Source: an archaeon (GTDB taxonomy: Archaea; Nanobdellota; Nanobdellia; Pacearchaeales; GW2011-AR1). Taken from it: a DNA stretch of 58,601 bases. The notes beneath the pieces are model-generated. The model did no database searches. It had not been told where the DNA came from and saw only the letters and a list, made by a program, of their open reading frames with translations. A program made the position numbers and the translations under genes. Shown here piece after piece: positions 8,672 to 16,289 of this stretch. Location: NCBI GenBank assembly GCA_038121585.1, contig JAYONY010000001.1, positions 335,661-394,261 on the forward strand. The letters run 5' to 3'. The first letter of the stretch is position 1. Every line of letters starts with the position of its first letter.

Positions 8672-9541
8672 ATGGTGAACAAAGTATACTTTCTTCCGAT
8701 AATGGGGCTACTTATGATTGGTGTTGTAAGTGCGTGTAATCTTGGGGTTACACTCGTGAATCAAGACCCATACCCTGCAGTACCTGGAGAATATGTTACT
8801 GCGGTCTTTCAAGTTACAGGTGTTTCAGATCCTCAATGTGGCACTGTAACGTTTGAGCCACTTCTTGATTTTCCATTTTCACTTGACCCTGGTGTTTCAC
8901 CAAGGCAAAGTGTTGTAGGGGGTACTGTTGTACCTGGAAGCAATCAGTTTAGGTCGTTTATGCTCGCTACCTATAAATTCCGTGTTGATGAGGCAGCTCT
9001 TGATGGAGATACTCGTATTCGAACTGCTATTACGGGTAATAATTTAGGTGATGGCGGTGGTCAAACAACGCTCGTTAAAAATTTCACCATTAACATTGAA
9101 GCAACTGATGTTGACTTCGAAGTTGCAATTAAAGATTATGATAAAACTACTAACACGCTCACCTTTGAAATCTTAAATATTGGTGAGAACGACGTTGAGG
9201 CAGTAACTGTTGAAATTCCTCGCCAAGCAAATATTGTTGTTAAGGGTGCGAATCGTAACATTGTAGGTGGTCTTGATGCGAATGATGACACTACCTTTAC
9301 GTTTGAAGCTACTCCTGAAGATGGGGACATTGAGCTTGATATCTTCTATACTGACACTATCAATGTACGTCGTGAAACAACGAAGATTGTAACGTTTGAT
9401 TCTTCGTATTTCACGGGTCGTGCTGGAGAACAGCAGTCAACTTCTCCTTGGTTTTACATAACAATCATACTCGTTATTGGTATTGGATTCTTCTGGTGGC
9501 GCGCTCGTAAAAAGAAAAGTATGAAGAAACGAAGAGGATAA
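8672..9541 (+). CDS. COG1361-like S-layer-domain surface protein
   Basis: Signal peptide, NQDPYPAVPGEYV motif, Ig-like beta segments, C-terminal TM helix and basic tail. Confidence 0.75.
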   Translation: MVNKVYFLPIMGLLMIGVVSACNLGVTLVNQDPYPAVPGEYVTAVFQVTGVSDPQCGTVTFEPLLDFPFSLDPGVSPRQSVVGGTVVPGSNQFRSFMLATYKFRVDEAALDGDTRIRTAITGNNLGDGGGQTTLVKNFTINIEATDVDFEVAIKDYDKTTNTLTFEILNIGENDVEAVTVEIPRQANIVVKGANRNIVGGLDANDDTTFTFEATPEDGDIELDIFYTDTINVRRETTKIVTFDSSYFTGRAGEQQSTSPWFYITIILVIGIGFFWWRARKKKSMKKRRG

Positions 9542-9562
9542 CTGCAAGCTAGTTTCTTACGT

Positions 9563-9592
9563 TTCACAACAATTCTTTTCACAACAATTCTT
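9563..9592. repeat. Perfect 15-bp tandem duplication TTCACAACAATTCTT x2
   Basis: 9563-9577 is identical to 9578-9592, directly upstream of the lhgO-like gene. Confidence 0.9.
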
Positions 9593-9618
9593 AATTAGCG
9601 TATACTCTTTTTTCACAC

Positions 9619-10818
9619 ATGTCAAATCCTATTGTAGTAATTGGTTCTGGGATTATTGGAAGTGCTATAGCGCGGGAACTTAGTATGCGCACTAAAGAAG
9701 CGGTGGTTGTACTAGAAAAAGAGAATACGTTTGGTCTTCATGCTTCAGGTAGGAACTCTGGTGTTATTCATTCGGGAATAAACCATGATCCTGCAGCAAA
9801 ACCTTTGAAAGCACGCATGTGCGTAGAGGGGAGTGCAATGCTACGTGAGTATGCTCAAAAGAAGAATGTACCAATGCATGAGTGCGGAACACTTGTTGTC
9901 GCGCAGAATGCTCGTGAAAAAAAAGGGCTTGAACAACTCCTTACCTGGGCACAGCAAGCGAAAGTTCCAGGGGTGCGAATGCTGTCTCTACCAGAACTTT
10001 ATGAGTACGAACCTAGTGCTGTCGGAGATAGTGCGTTATACGCTCCAACTGGGGCTGTAATTGATAGTAAACGGCTTCTTGAATCAATCATTGATGATGC
10101 ACAAGAGAATGGTGCTGAATGGAGGTATGGTGTTTCAATTAAGAGTGGGTTTGGTGAGCTAGTAGAAACAAGTGACGGGTTACTCGAAGCAAAACATGTT
10201 ATTAATTGTGCAGGGTTACATGCGGATACAATTGCACATATGTGGGGGGTGGGAGGTGACTATTCAATACTTCCTTTCAGAGGGGATTATGTAACTGTAC
10301 CCGCAACCATTCGTTCAATGATTTATCAGGTGCCTGACCCCAACTTTCCAGTTTTAGGGGTTCATCTTACTAAAAGTGTTTCTGGAGAGGTTCTTGCAGG
10401 GCCGACTGCGGCACTTTCGTTAGCTGGGAGGGAGGGCTATGAGAGAGGGGTTTCCTATCGGGGACTGGTTGATCTTGCGCGAGATAAAGGATTTATTCGT
10501 TGGGCAAAGGGCGCGCTTTCAAAAGGCACTACTATTCGGCAAGTTGCTAAGAATGCGTATTTAGCACATTCAAAAAAAGCGTTTGTAAAGGAAGTGAAAA
10601 AAATCTATTCTGGCACGATTAATCCTGGTGATTGCAAAACGCACCCTTCAGGAATTCGTGCGCAAGTAGTTGATCGCAATGGAAATCTCATTGATGACTT
10701 TCTAGTAAAAAAGGGGGAGCGCTCAACCCACATACTTAATGCGGTTTCTCCAGGCATGACGTGTTCACTTGCATTCGCACAATATGTTGTGGATGAGTAT
10801 GTCCTACCAAATATATGA
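9619..10818 (+). CDS. FAD-dependent oxidoreductase, L-2-hydroxyglutarate oxidase (LhgO)-like
   Basis: GSGIIG, HASGRNSGVIHSG, NCAGLHAD, PFRGDY, LGVHLT, GIRAQ, NAVSPGMT. Confidence 0.85.
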   Translation: MSNPIVVIGSGIIGSAIARELSMRTKEAVVVLEKENTFGLHASGRNSGVIHSGINHDPAAKPLKARMCVEGSAMLREYAQKKNVPMHECGTLVVAQNAREKKGLEQLLTWAQQAKVPGVRMLSLPELYEYEPSAVGDSALYAPTGAVIDSKRLLESIIDDAQENGAEWRYGVSIKSGFGELVETSDGLLEAKHVINCAGLHADTIAHMWGVGGDYSILPFRGDYVTVPATIRSMIYQVPDPNFPVLGVHLTKSVSGEVLAGPTAALSLAGREGYERGVSYRGLVDLARDKGFIRWAKGALSKGTTIRQVAKNAYLAHSKKAFVKEVKKIYSGTINPGDCKTHPSGIRAQVVDRNGNLIDDFLVKKGERSTHILNAVSPGMTCSLAFAQYVVDEYVLPNI

Positions 10819-10820
10819 TC

Positions 10821-12032
10821 TTATTCATACCTCAAAGCATCTACGGGGTTTATCTTTGATGCACGTATTGCAGGGATAATCCCTGAGAGTGCACCTGTTA
10901 ATGTTGCAAATCCGAGTAGGCCTGCAAAAAGCCACCAGGTATATTGGGGTTGTAAAAAGCCCCATCCGAGCGAATCTAAAATGTTGCCTGCGAGTGTTGT
11001 GGCTCCAAATCCAATAACAAGTCCAATAACTCCTGCAACAAACCCTAGTGTTGCAGATTCGAATAAGAAAATTTTGAGTATTTCTGAATTTGGTGCCCCA
11101 ATTGACTTAATAATTCCAATTTCTTTCGTTCGCTCAAGCACTGAGGTAATCATGGTATTCGCAGTATTAACTGCTGAGACAACAACTGAAATAAGGGCTA
11201 TTAGAATAACAAATCCAATAATCAAATTAAGAGCTCCTGAAAATGATTCAATAAGGTCCTCAAATGATTGTACGAAGAAGTCTTCTTTACCCTCTTCAAG
11301 TCCGCGGCTCTCACGCACTTCTTCTTCAACTTCTTCAACAATTAAGTCTATACGATCAATATCTACTTGTGCTATTATCCAGGAGTATGTATCGACAGTT
11401 GTAGGGTATAGTTCTTCATAGTACGCTTTAGTAATGTATACATTCGCATCGTCAGTGGGGTTACCTATTGCTTCCATAAATCCAATAACACGAGCATCTT
11501 CCCCTTGCAGCTGAATGGTATCGCCTATCTCTAGTGGTTCAGAAAATATTTTGTCAGGTACTTGATAATTATATCCAAGAATAACTTTGCCAGTGTCTCC
11601 TGTTTCAAGATATCTTCCTGCTTCAAGTTCAATATCTGAAATATCAAATATGATTGGTTGTTTAGGGTCATACCCTGAAATATATGCAAATCGTTTTTGA
11701 TCTCGTCGTTCAAGTTCTGCAGTACCTATTGAAACCCCCGTAACTGATATGACTCCTGCAACTCCTTCGACTGCTTCAAGGTCGTTCTGCGTAAGTCGGA
11801 ACGTATCATCAAGGCCTGTAGGGTCATTTCCTTTTGGCTGAACAATTATTTTATCCGCTGCACTTCCTGAGCTAAGCTCATTAACATAGCTGAAAAGGCC
11901 AAGTCCAAAGCTGATAAAAATAAAAATAGCGGTTATACCAATAAAAATTGATAATATCGTTAAAATGCTTCTTCCTTTTCGAGTACGCAGATTACGTAAT
12001 GAATACATAATGCTTTCTTCACTCATTACCAT
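10821..12032 (-). CDS. MacB/FtsX-type ABC transporter permease
   Basis: RSILTILSIFIGI, NTMITSVLERTKEIGIIKSIGA, PVDALRYE. Confidence 0.93.
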   Translation of the reverse strand: MVMSEESIMYSLRNLRTRKGRSILTILSIFIGITAIFIFISFGLGLFSYVNELSSGSAADKIIVQPKGNDPTGLDDTFRLTQNDLEAVEGVAGVISVTGVSIGTAELERRDQKRFAYISGYDPKQPIIFDISDIELEAGRYLETGDTGKVILGYNYQVPDKIFSEPLEIGDTIQLQGEDARVIGFMEAIGNPTDDANVYITKAYYEELYPTTVDTYSWIIAQVDIDRIDLIVEEVEEEVRESRGLEEGKEDFFVQSFEDLIESFSGALNLIIGFVILIALISVVVSAVNTANTMITSVLERTKEIGIIKSIGAPNSEILKIFLFESATLGFVAGVIGLVIGFGATTLAGNILDSLGWGFLQPQYTWWLFAGLLGFATLTGALSGIIPAIRASKINPVDALRYE

Positions 12033-12034
12033 TG

Positions 12035-13252
12035 TTATCCTCGTAGTGCCTCCACTGGATTTTCTTTAGCAGCACGCATCGCAGGGATAATGCCCGCAAC
12101 TGCACCCACCATAAAGCTCCCAAGGAGGGATAATGTAATGAGTGAAAAACTAATTCCCGGAGAAGTGTCTGCACCAATAAAATTATTCAGTGCTTGTGTC
12201 CCAACAAAACCCACTGCTGTTCCAAAGAGCACTCCTACAATTCCTCCAACGAGCCCAAGTAGTCCTGATTCGATAAGGAACTGTAAGAAAATATCTGAAT
12301 TACGTGCTCCAATAGCCTTCATAATTCCTATTTCTTTGCGGCGCTCAAGCACTGAAGTAGTCATTGTATTAACAATGCCAAGTGCACCGACTAAAATAGA
12401 GAGTGATGCGATAATAACAATAAATGCTTGAACCCCTCCAATAACGCCATTTACTGTTTCAAGTGCTGCGTCAGGGGTAGAAACTTCAAAGTCTTCTTCT
12501 CCTTTATCAACATCACGGGTTTTACGTAAGACGTCTTCAATTTCGAGTTTTGTGAGTTCCATTTTATCCTTGTCCTTCACTTTTGCAACTATCACATCAA
12601 TGTCATCGCCATATCCTGCAAGGTCTTCGAGCGGTTCTTCATTGAAGTGGACTATGTTATCAAAAATGAAACTTCCTTTTTTCTCAGTGATGCCGATAAC
12701 ATCGAATGATTTGCCATTGACTTCTACACTGTCACCTACGCGTACTGGCTTACCAAGGCCTACGCTGTCAGCATGAAAGTTATAGCCAAGTACTACAACG
12801 TCTTGATCGCCATCTTCGAGTAATCTCCCAAATTCGGGTTCAACATCGAGTGTCTCATACGCAAACTCTCGTGATTCTCCATCTGGAATGTTCATAGCAA
12901 AACCAATTATGAGACGGTCATTATATTCAAGTCGAAGCGTGGGAATATTTCGTCTAATAACCCAATCAATATTGTTTAGATCTTCTATTGCTTCAAGATC
13001 ATCTACATTAAGCGCGTTAACAACGCCAGAACCGGGTGGGCCAAATGCATTAACTCCTCCTGCTTGGATAGTAATGACTTCTGTTGAACTAACCCCGAAT
13101 TGAGAATTAACAGCTACTTTAAGGCCGTTACCAAGTGAGATCAGGGAGACAACTGCAGTAATCCCTATAAAAATGCCAAGAAGAGTGAGCCATGAGCGAA
13201 CCCCTCGCTTTTTCAAATTCCGTGTTGCAAGTCTAAAATAATCAGTGAGCAT
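12035..13252 (-). CDS. MacB/FtsX-type ABC transporter permease
   Basis: RSWLTLLGIFIGI, SVLERRKEIGIMKAIGA, PVEALR. Confidence 0.93.
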   Translation of the reverse strand: MLTDYFRLATRNLKKRGVRSWLTLLGIFIGITAVVSLISLGNGLKVAVNSQFGVSSTEVITIQAGGVNAFGPPGSGVVNALNVDDLEAIEDLNNIDWVIRRNIPTLRLEYNDRLIIGFAMNIPDGESREFAYETLDVEPEFGRLLEDGDQDVVVLGYNFHADSVGLGKPVRVGDSVEVNGKSFDVIGITEKKGSFIFDNIVHFNEEPLEDLAGYGDDIDVIVAKVKDKDKMELTKLEIEDVLRKTRDVDKGEEDFEVSTPDAALETVNGVIGGVQAFIVIIASLSILVGALGIVNTMTTSVLERRKEIGIMKAIGARNSDIFLQFLIESGLLGLVGGIVGVLFGTAVGFVGTQALNNFIGADTSPGISFSLITLSLLGSFMVGAVAGIIPAMRAAKENPVEALRG

Positions 13253-13258
13253 AGTTGC

Positions 13259-13993
13259 CTACCTATGTTTTGTTACTTTCACCCACTTGCCTTTTGAGCG
13301 TTTAGTAACTTTGTCTATTTTACCATCAACGAGCCAGTAGATAATATTGGTATATTCTTCTGCGAGTTCTGGTTCGTGCGTAATCATGATAACGGTTTTA
13401 CCTTCTTCTTTGTTGAGCTTTTGTAAGAATTCCATAACTCGAACTCCTGTTTTTGTATCTAGATTTCCTGTTGGTTCATCTGCTAATATTACATCGGGGT
13501 CATTAGCGAGTGAACGCGCAATAGCAACTCGCTGTTGTTGTCCTCCCGAGAGCTGGTTCGGATAATGGTCGCTTCGCTCATCAAGCTCTACAAGCTTAAG
13601 GAGCTCACGGGCTTTTTCCTCTCGTTCTTCAAGATCAACACCCTGAAAGAGCATGGGGAGCATCACATTTTCAAGAGCTGTTAAGTTAGGGATGAGATTG
13701 AAGCTTTGAAAGATAAATCCTATTTTTTTACCGCGTACTTGCGCAAGGTCGGATTCGGACATTTCAGCAATGTTTTCATCATCAAGATAAATATTACCTG
13801 ATGTTGCAAGATCGAGTGAGCCAATGAGGTTCATCGCTGTTGATTTCCCACTTCCAGAAGGTCCCATTATGGCCACAAAGTCTCCATCATGAATTTCTAC
13901 ATCAACCCCGTCAACTGCCTTAACGGTTGCAGTACCCATCTTGTAGTGTTTTTTTACTCGTGAGAGTTTAATCACTGGTTTTTTACTCGCCAT
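13259..13993 (-). CDS. ABC transporter ATP-binding protein (LolD/MacB-type)
   Basis: GPSGSGKS, LSGGQQQRVAIAR, ILADEPTGNLD; ATG 13993 preferred because a TATA-like box lies ~25 nt upstream. Confidence 0.95.
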   Translation of the reverse strand: MASKKPVIKLSRVKKHYKMGTATVKAVDGVDVEIHDGDFVAIMGPSGSGKSTAMNLIGSLDLATSGNIYLDDENIAEMSESDLAQVRGKKIGFIFQSFNLIPNLTALENVMLPMLFQGVDLEEREEKARELLKLVELDERSDHYPNQLSGGQQQRVAIARSLANDPDVILADEPTGNLDTKTGVRVMEFLQKLNKEEGKTVIMITHEPELAEEYTNIIYWLVDGKIDKVTKRSKGKWVKVTKHR

Positions 13994-14040
13994 ACGCTCT
14001 CTTTGCGCCAAAGAACTTAATAAGGCTTCCTGCCCAAAAG

Positions 14041-14048
14041 TTTAAAAA
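14041..14048 (+). promoter_or_regulatory. TATA box of rpo10 (probably leaderless)
   Basis: AAAAG-TTTAAAAA ending 21 nt before ATG 14070. Confidence 0.6.
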
Positions 14049-14069
14049 GCAATTTGGTGGAGTGCTAGT

Positions 14070-14267
14070 ATGATAATTCCAGTACGATGTTTTGGATGTG
14101 GTAAACCTATTGGTCACCTCTGGGAAGAATACAAGAAACGCACTGATGATGGTGAAGATACTGGTAAGGTTCTAGACGATTTGAAGCTTGAACGATATTG
14201 TTGCCGAGCAGCACTTCTCGGACACGCAGACATGCTTCCAGAAGTAGCACAGTTTAAGAAGGCGTAA
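14070..14267 (+). CDS. rpo10: RNA polymerase subunit Rpo10 (N)
   Basis: MIIPVRCFGCGK...RYCCR. Confidence 0.97.
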   Translation: MIIPVRCFGCGKPIGHLWEEYKKRTDDGEDTGKVLDDLKLERYCCRAALLGHADMLPEVAQFKKA

Positions 14268-14394
14268 GTAGCGTTGAGTCGCGCCTTCTTGGGCCAGAAA
14301 TCCTTCATAGTTCTAAAGATTTCTAGGTTCAAAAAAGCTTGAGCGCGCAATTTTTCCATTTCCAAAAATTGCTGCGTTTAAGAAAACGTGATTA

Positions 14395-14655
14395 TTATCT
14401 GTGCCGAATTTTATTGTCTTTCCCGCACGATTCACATGTAACTGTTTTATGCGTTTTAGAAACTCTGATTGAGCCTTTACGTAAATCAGCATGACACGCA
14501 TTACAGAATTGAGTGCGATACTTACCTAGCTTGATATTATGCTTCATAGCAAGGTTCTTCATTTTCTTCACTTCTGAAGGGTCGAGTTGTTCGGTTTGCC
14601 GAAAGAAATCTTCTATTAATCGATGTGCCTCTGAACGAGAAAGTTTACTAGGCAT
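14395..14655 (-). CDS. RNase P protein component 4 (Rpp21)-like
   Basis: AMKHNIKL...FCNACH...IRV...TCESCG zinc ribbon; short N-terminus. Confidence 0.78.
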   Translation of the reverse strand: MPSKLSRSEAHRLIEDFFRQTEQLDPSEVKKMKNLAMKHNIKLGKYRTQFCNACHADLRKGSIRVSKTHKTVTCESCGKDNKIRHR

Positions 14656-14716
14656 GAAATACAAAGGCGTAACTAGTATTTATGCATTATGAAAGATGTG
14701 AAAAAAAGAATATGAC

Positions 14717-14830
14717 GAAGACAGCATCCATGATTCGCCTCTGTTCGGAGACTAACGCAACGGACGTTATCGGCTTAACTTCTGTGTTCGGAAAGGGAAC
14801 AGGTGGAACCCGGTAACTATGGCCGTCTTC
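14717..14830 (-). rRNA. rrf: 5S rRNA (stand-alone)
   Basis: GAAGACGGCCATAG...CACCTGTTCCCTTTCCGAACACAGAAGTTAAGCC...GCTGTCTTC; terminal helix pairs; own TATA box and downstream T-tract. Confidence 0.93.
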
Positions 14831-14851
14831 TAATATCACTCATTTGTCGAG

Positions 14852-14859
14852 TATAAAAA
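14852..14859 (-). promoter_or_regulatory. TATA box for 5S rRNA
   Basis: GAAACC-TTTTTATA ~22 nt upstream of the 5S 5' end. Confidence 0.6.
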
Positions 14860-14877
14860 GGTTTCTAAAAAGAAAGA

Positions 14878-14948
14878 TGCGCCATAGGGGAATCGAACCC
14901 CTGTCCTCAGGTTGGAAACCTGATATTCTGCCACTAAACTAATGGCGC
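14878..14948 (-). tRNA. tRNA-Gly(TCC)
   Basis: GCGCCAT acceptor stem, TCAGG-TTTCCAA-CCTGA anticodon arm, GGTTCGATTCC. Confidence 0.96.
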
Positions 14949-14999
14949 TTGGAAAAACTATTAGAATGTTGGTTTTAAAGATTTGGGTTTGTCGATTTA

Positions 15000-15090
15000 C
15001 GTCCCCGGCAGGACTCGAACCTGCGACCCCTTCCTCACTCCGTTAAAACGTAGGAGGGAAGTGCTCTAATCCAAGCTGAGCTACGGGGAC
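15000..15090 (-). tRNA. tRNA-Arg(CCT) with 15-nt intron at 37/38 (15036-15050)
   Basis: CTTCC-CTCCTA[CGTTTTAACGGAGTG]A-GGAAG; bulge-helix-bulge with CTCC/GGAG helix and TAC/TGA bulges. Confidence 0.93.
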
Positions 15091-15149
15091 AATACTAGTG
15101 AGGCGTACCAGCAGGTTTAAAATATATTGTATGGGTTTTTGAAATACGA

Positions 15150-15234
15150 GCGGGGATACCGAAGCGGTCAAACGGGATGGACTCAAGATCCATTGTGCTT
15201 AGTGCCTACGTAGGTTCGAATCCTACTCCCCGCA
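15150..15234 (+). tRNA. tRNA-Leu(CAA)
   Basis: GCGGGGA/TCCCCGC acceptor, ATGGA-CTCAAGA-TCCAT, long variable arm, GGTTCGAATCC. Confidence 0.96.
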
Positions 15235-15345
15235 TCTTCGCCCACCACAGCGAAATGTCCGCAGTATAGACGAGGAACATTGCAGCAAGAGTGGGTCGAA
15301 GAGAGCTCTATACATTAGGAGTTGAACCAATCCTACTCCTCGCAT
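15219..15345 (+). repeat. Duplicated tRNA-Leu(CAA) 3' end (15219-15235 vs 15329-15345) flanking a structured 93-nt spacer
   Basis: AATCCTACTCCCCGCAT vs AATCCTACTCCTCGCAT, 16/17 identical. Confidence 0.85.
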
Positions 15346-15398
15346 TTTAGATTTCCCGAGAATAAACTTAAAAACCCCTGTTCTGTACTTTTTGAATT

Positions 15399-16289
15399 AT
15401 GTCTAAAGAAAAAAAAGATTGGGATAGGCTGTACGACAAACATTACAAACATCTCCTTATTATTCCTGCAATTTTAATTATTGGTGCACTCGTATATCTT
15501 GCACAATTTAGTGCTACACACGACGATATTGTTAGAAAAGATGTTTCATTAACGGGTGGAACAACGATTACTGTATTTGAGGAATCATTAACTCCGCAAC
15601 AAGCTCATGAGGCTCTTGATGCTCAGTTCCCTGATTTGCTTGTTCGGTCTGTTGCTGATGTACGTACTGGTTCGCAACAAGCATTAATTATCGAGTCGGC
15701 TGCAGAAGTTGACGCACTACAACCCGCTATTGAAGAAGTGGTGGGGTATGCGCTAACCCAAGATAATTCTTCTATTGAATTTTCAGGTGCTTCTTTATCA
15801 GAAGGGTTCTATCAACAATTACGATTTGCTATTTTACTAGCATTCTTGTTCATGGCTATTGTTGTCTTCTTTATTTTCAGAACGTTTGCCCCTTCTGCTG
15901 CTGTGATTCTTGCAGCGTTTGCAGATATTCTATTAACTGTTGCTACTATTAACGCGTTTGGCATGGTTGTTTCATCAGCTGGTATTGTTGCTTTGCTCAT
16001 GCTTATTGGGTATTCTGTTGACACTGATGTTTTACTCACTACACGGGTTATTCGTCAGCGTGAGGGAACTATTAATGAACGAATGTTTGGGGCTCTTAAA
16101 ACTGGATTAACAATGACTCTTACGTCTATTGTTGCAGTTGGTGTTGCGCTTGCAATCATTAGCTCATTCTCAGTAACGCTCAGTCAAATTTTCACTATCT
16201 TGCTTATTGGTCTTGGGTACGACTTAATCTTTACGTGGTTTGCAAATGCCTCAATAATTAAATGGTACGCGGAGAAGAAAAAACTATGA
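15399..16289 (+). CDS. secF: Protein-export membrane protein SecF
   Basis: LTGGTTI, ALLMLIGYSVDTDVLLTTR, TGLTMTLTS; 6 TM. Confidence 0.93.
   Translation: MSKEKKDWDRLYDKHYKHLLIIPAILIIGALVYLAQFSATHDDIVRKDVSLTGGTTITVFEESLTPQQAHEALDAQFPDLLVRSVADVRTGSQQALIIESAAEVDALQPAIEEVVGYALTQDNSSIEFSGASLSEGFYQQLRFAILLAFLFMAIVVFFIFRTFAPSAAVILAAFADILLTVATINAFGMVVSSAGIVALLMLIGYSVDTDVLLTTRVIRQREGTINERMFGALKTGLTMTLTSIVAVGVALAIISSFSVTLSQIFTILLIGLGYDLIFTWFANASIIKWYAEKKKL

Noticed and set aside
14268-14394. Degenerate tRNA-Pro, SECIS or RNase P/SRP RNA after rpo10
   Set aside because: No cloverleaf, no in-frame UGA selenoprotein, and no RNase P or SRP conserved motifs
14114-14501. Minus-strand ORFs of 83 and 62 aa overlapping rpo10/Rpp21
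   Set aside because: They overlap real genes, use non-ATG or weak starts, and have no recognisable features
15236-15330. HDV-like (theta) ribozyme at the tRNA 3' end
   Set aside because: A G-U-initiated helix and a minus-strand TCCTCGT are present, but I could not build P3, P1.1 and J4/2 in the right order on either strand
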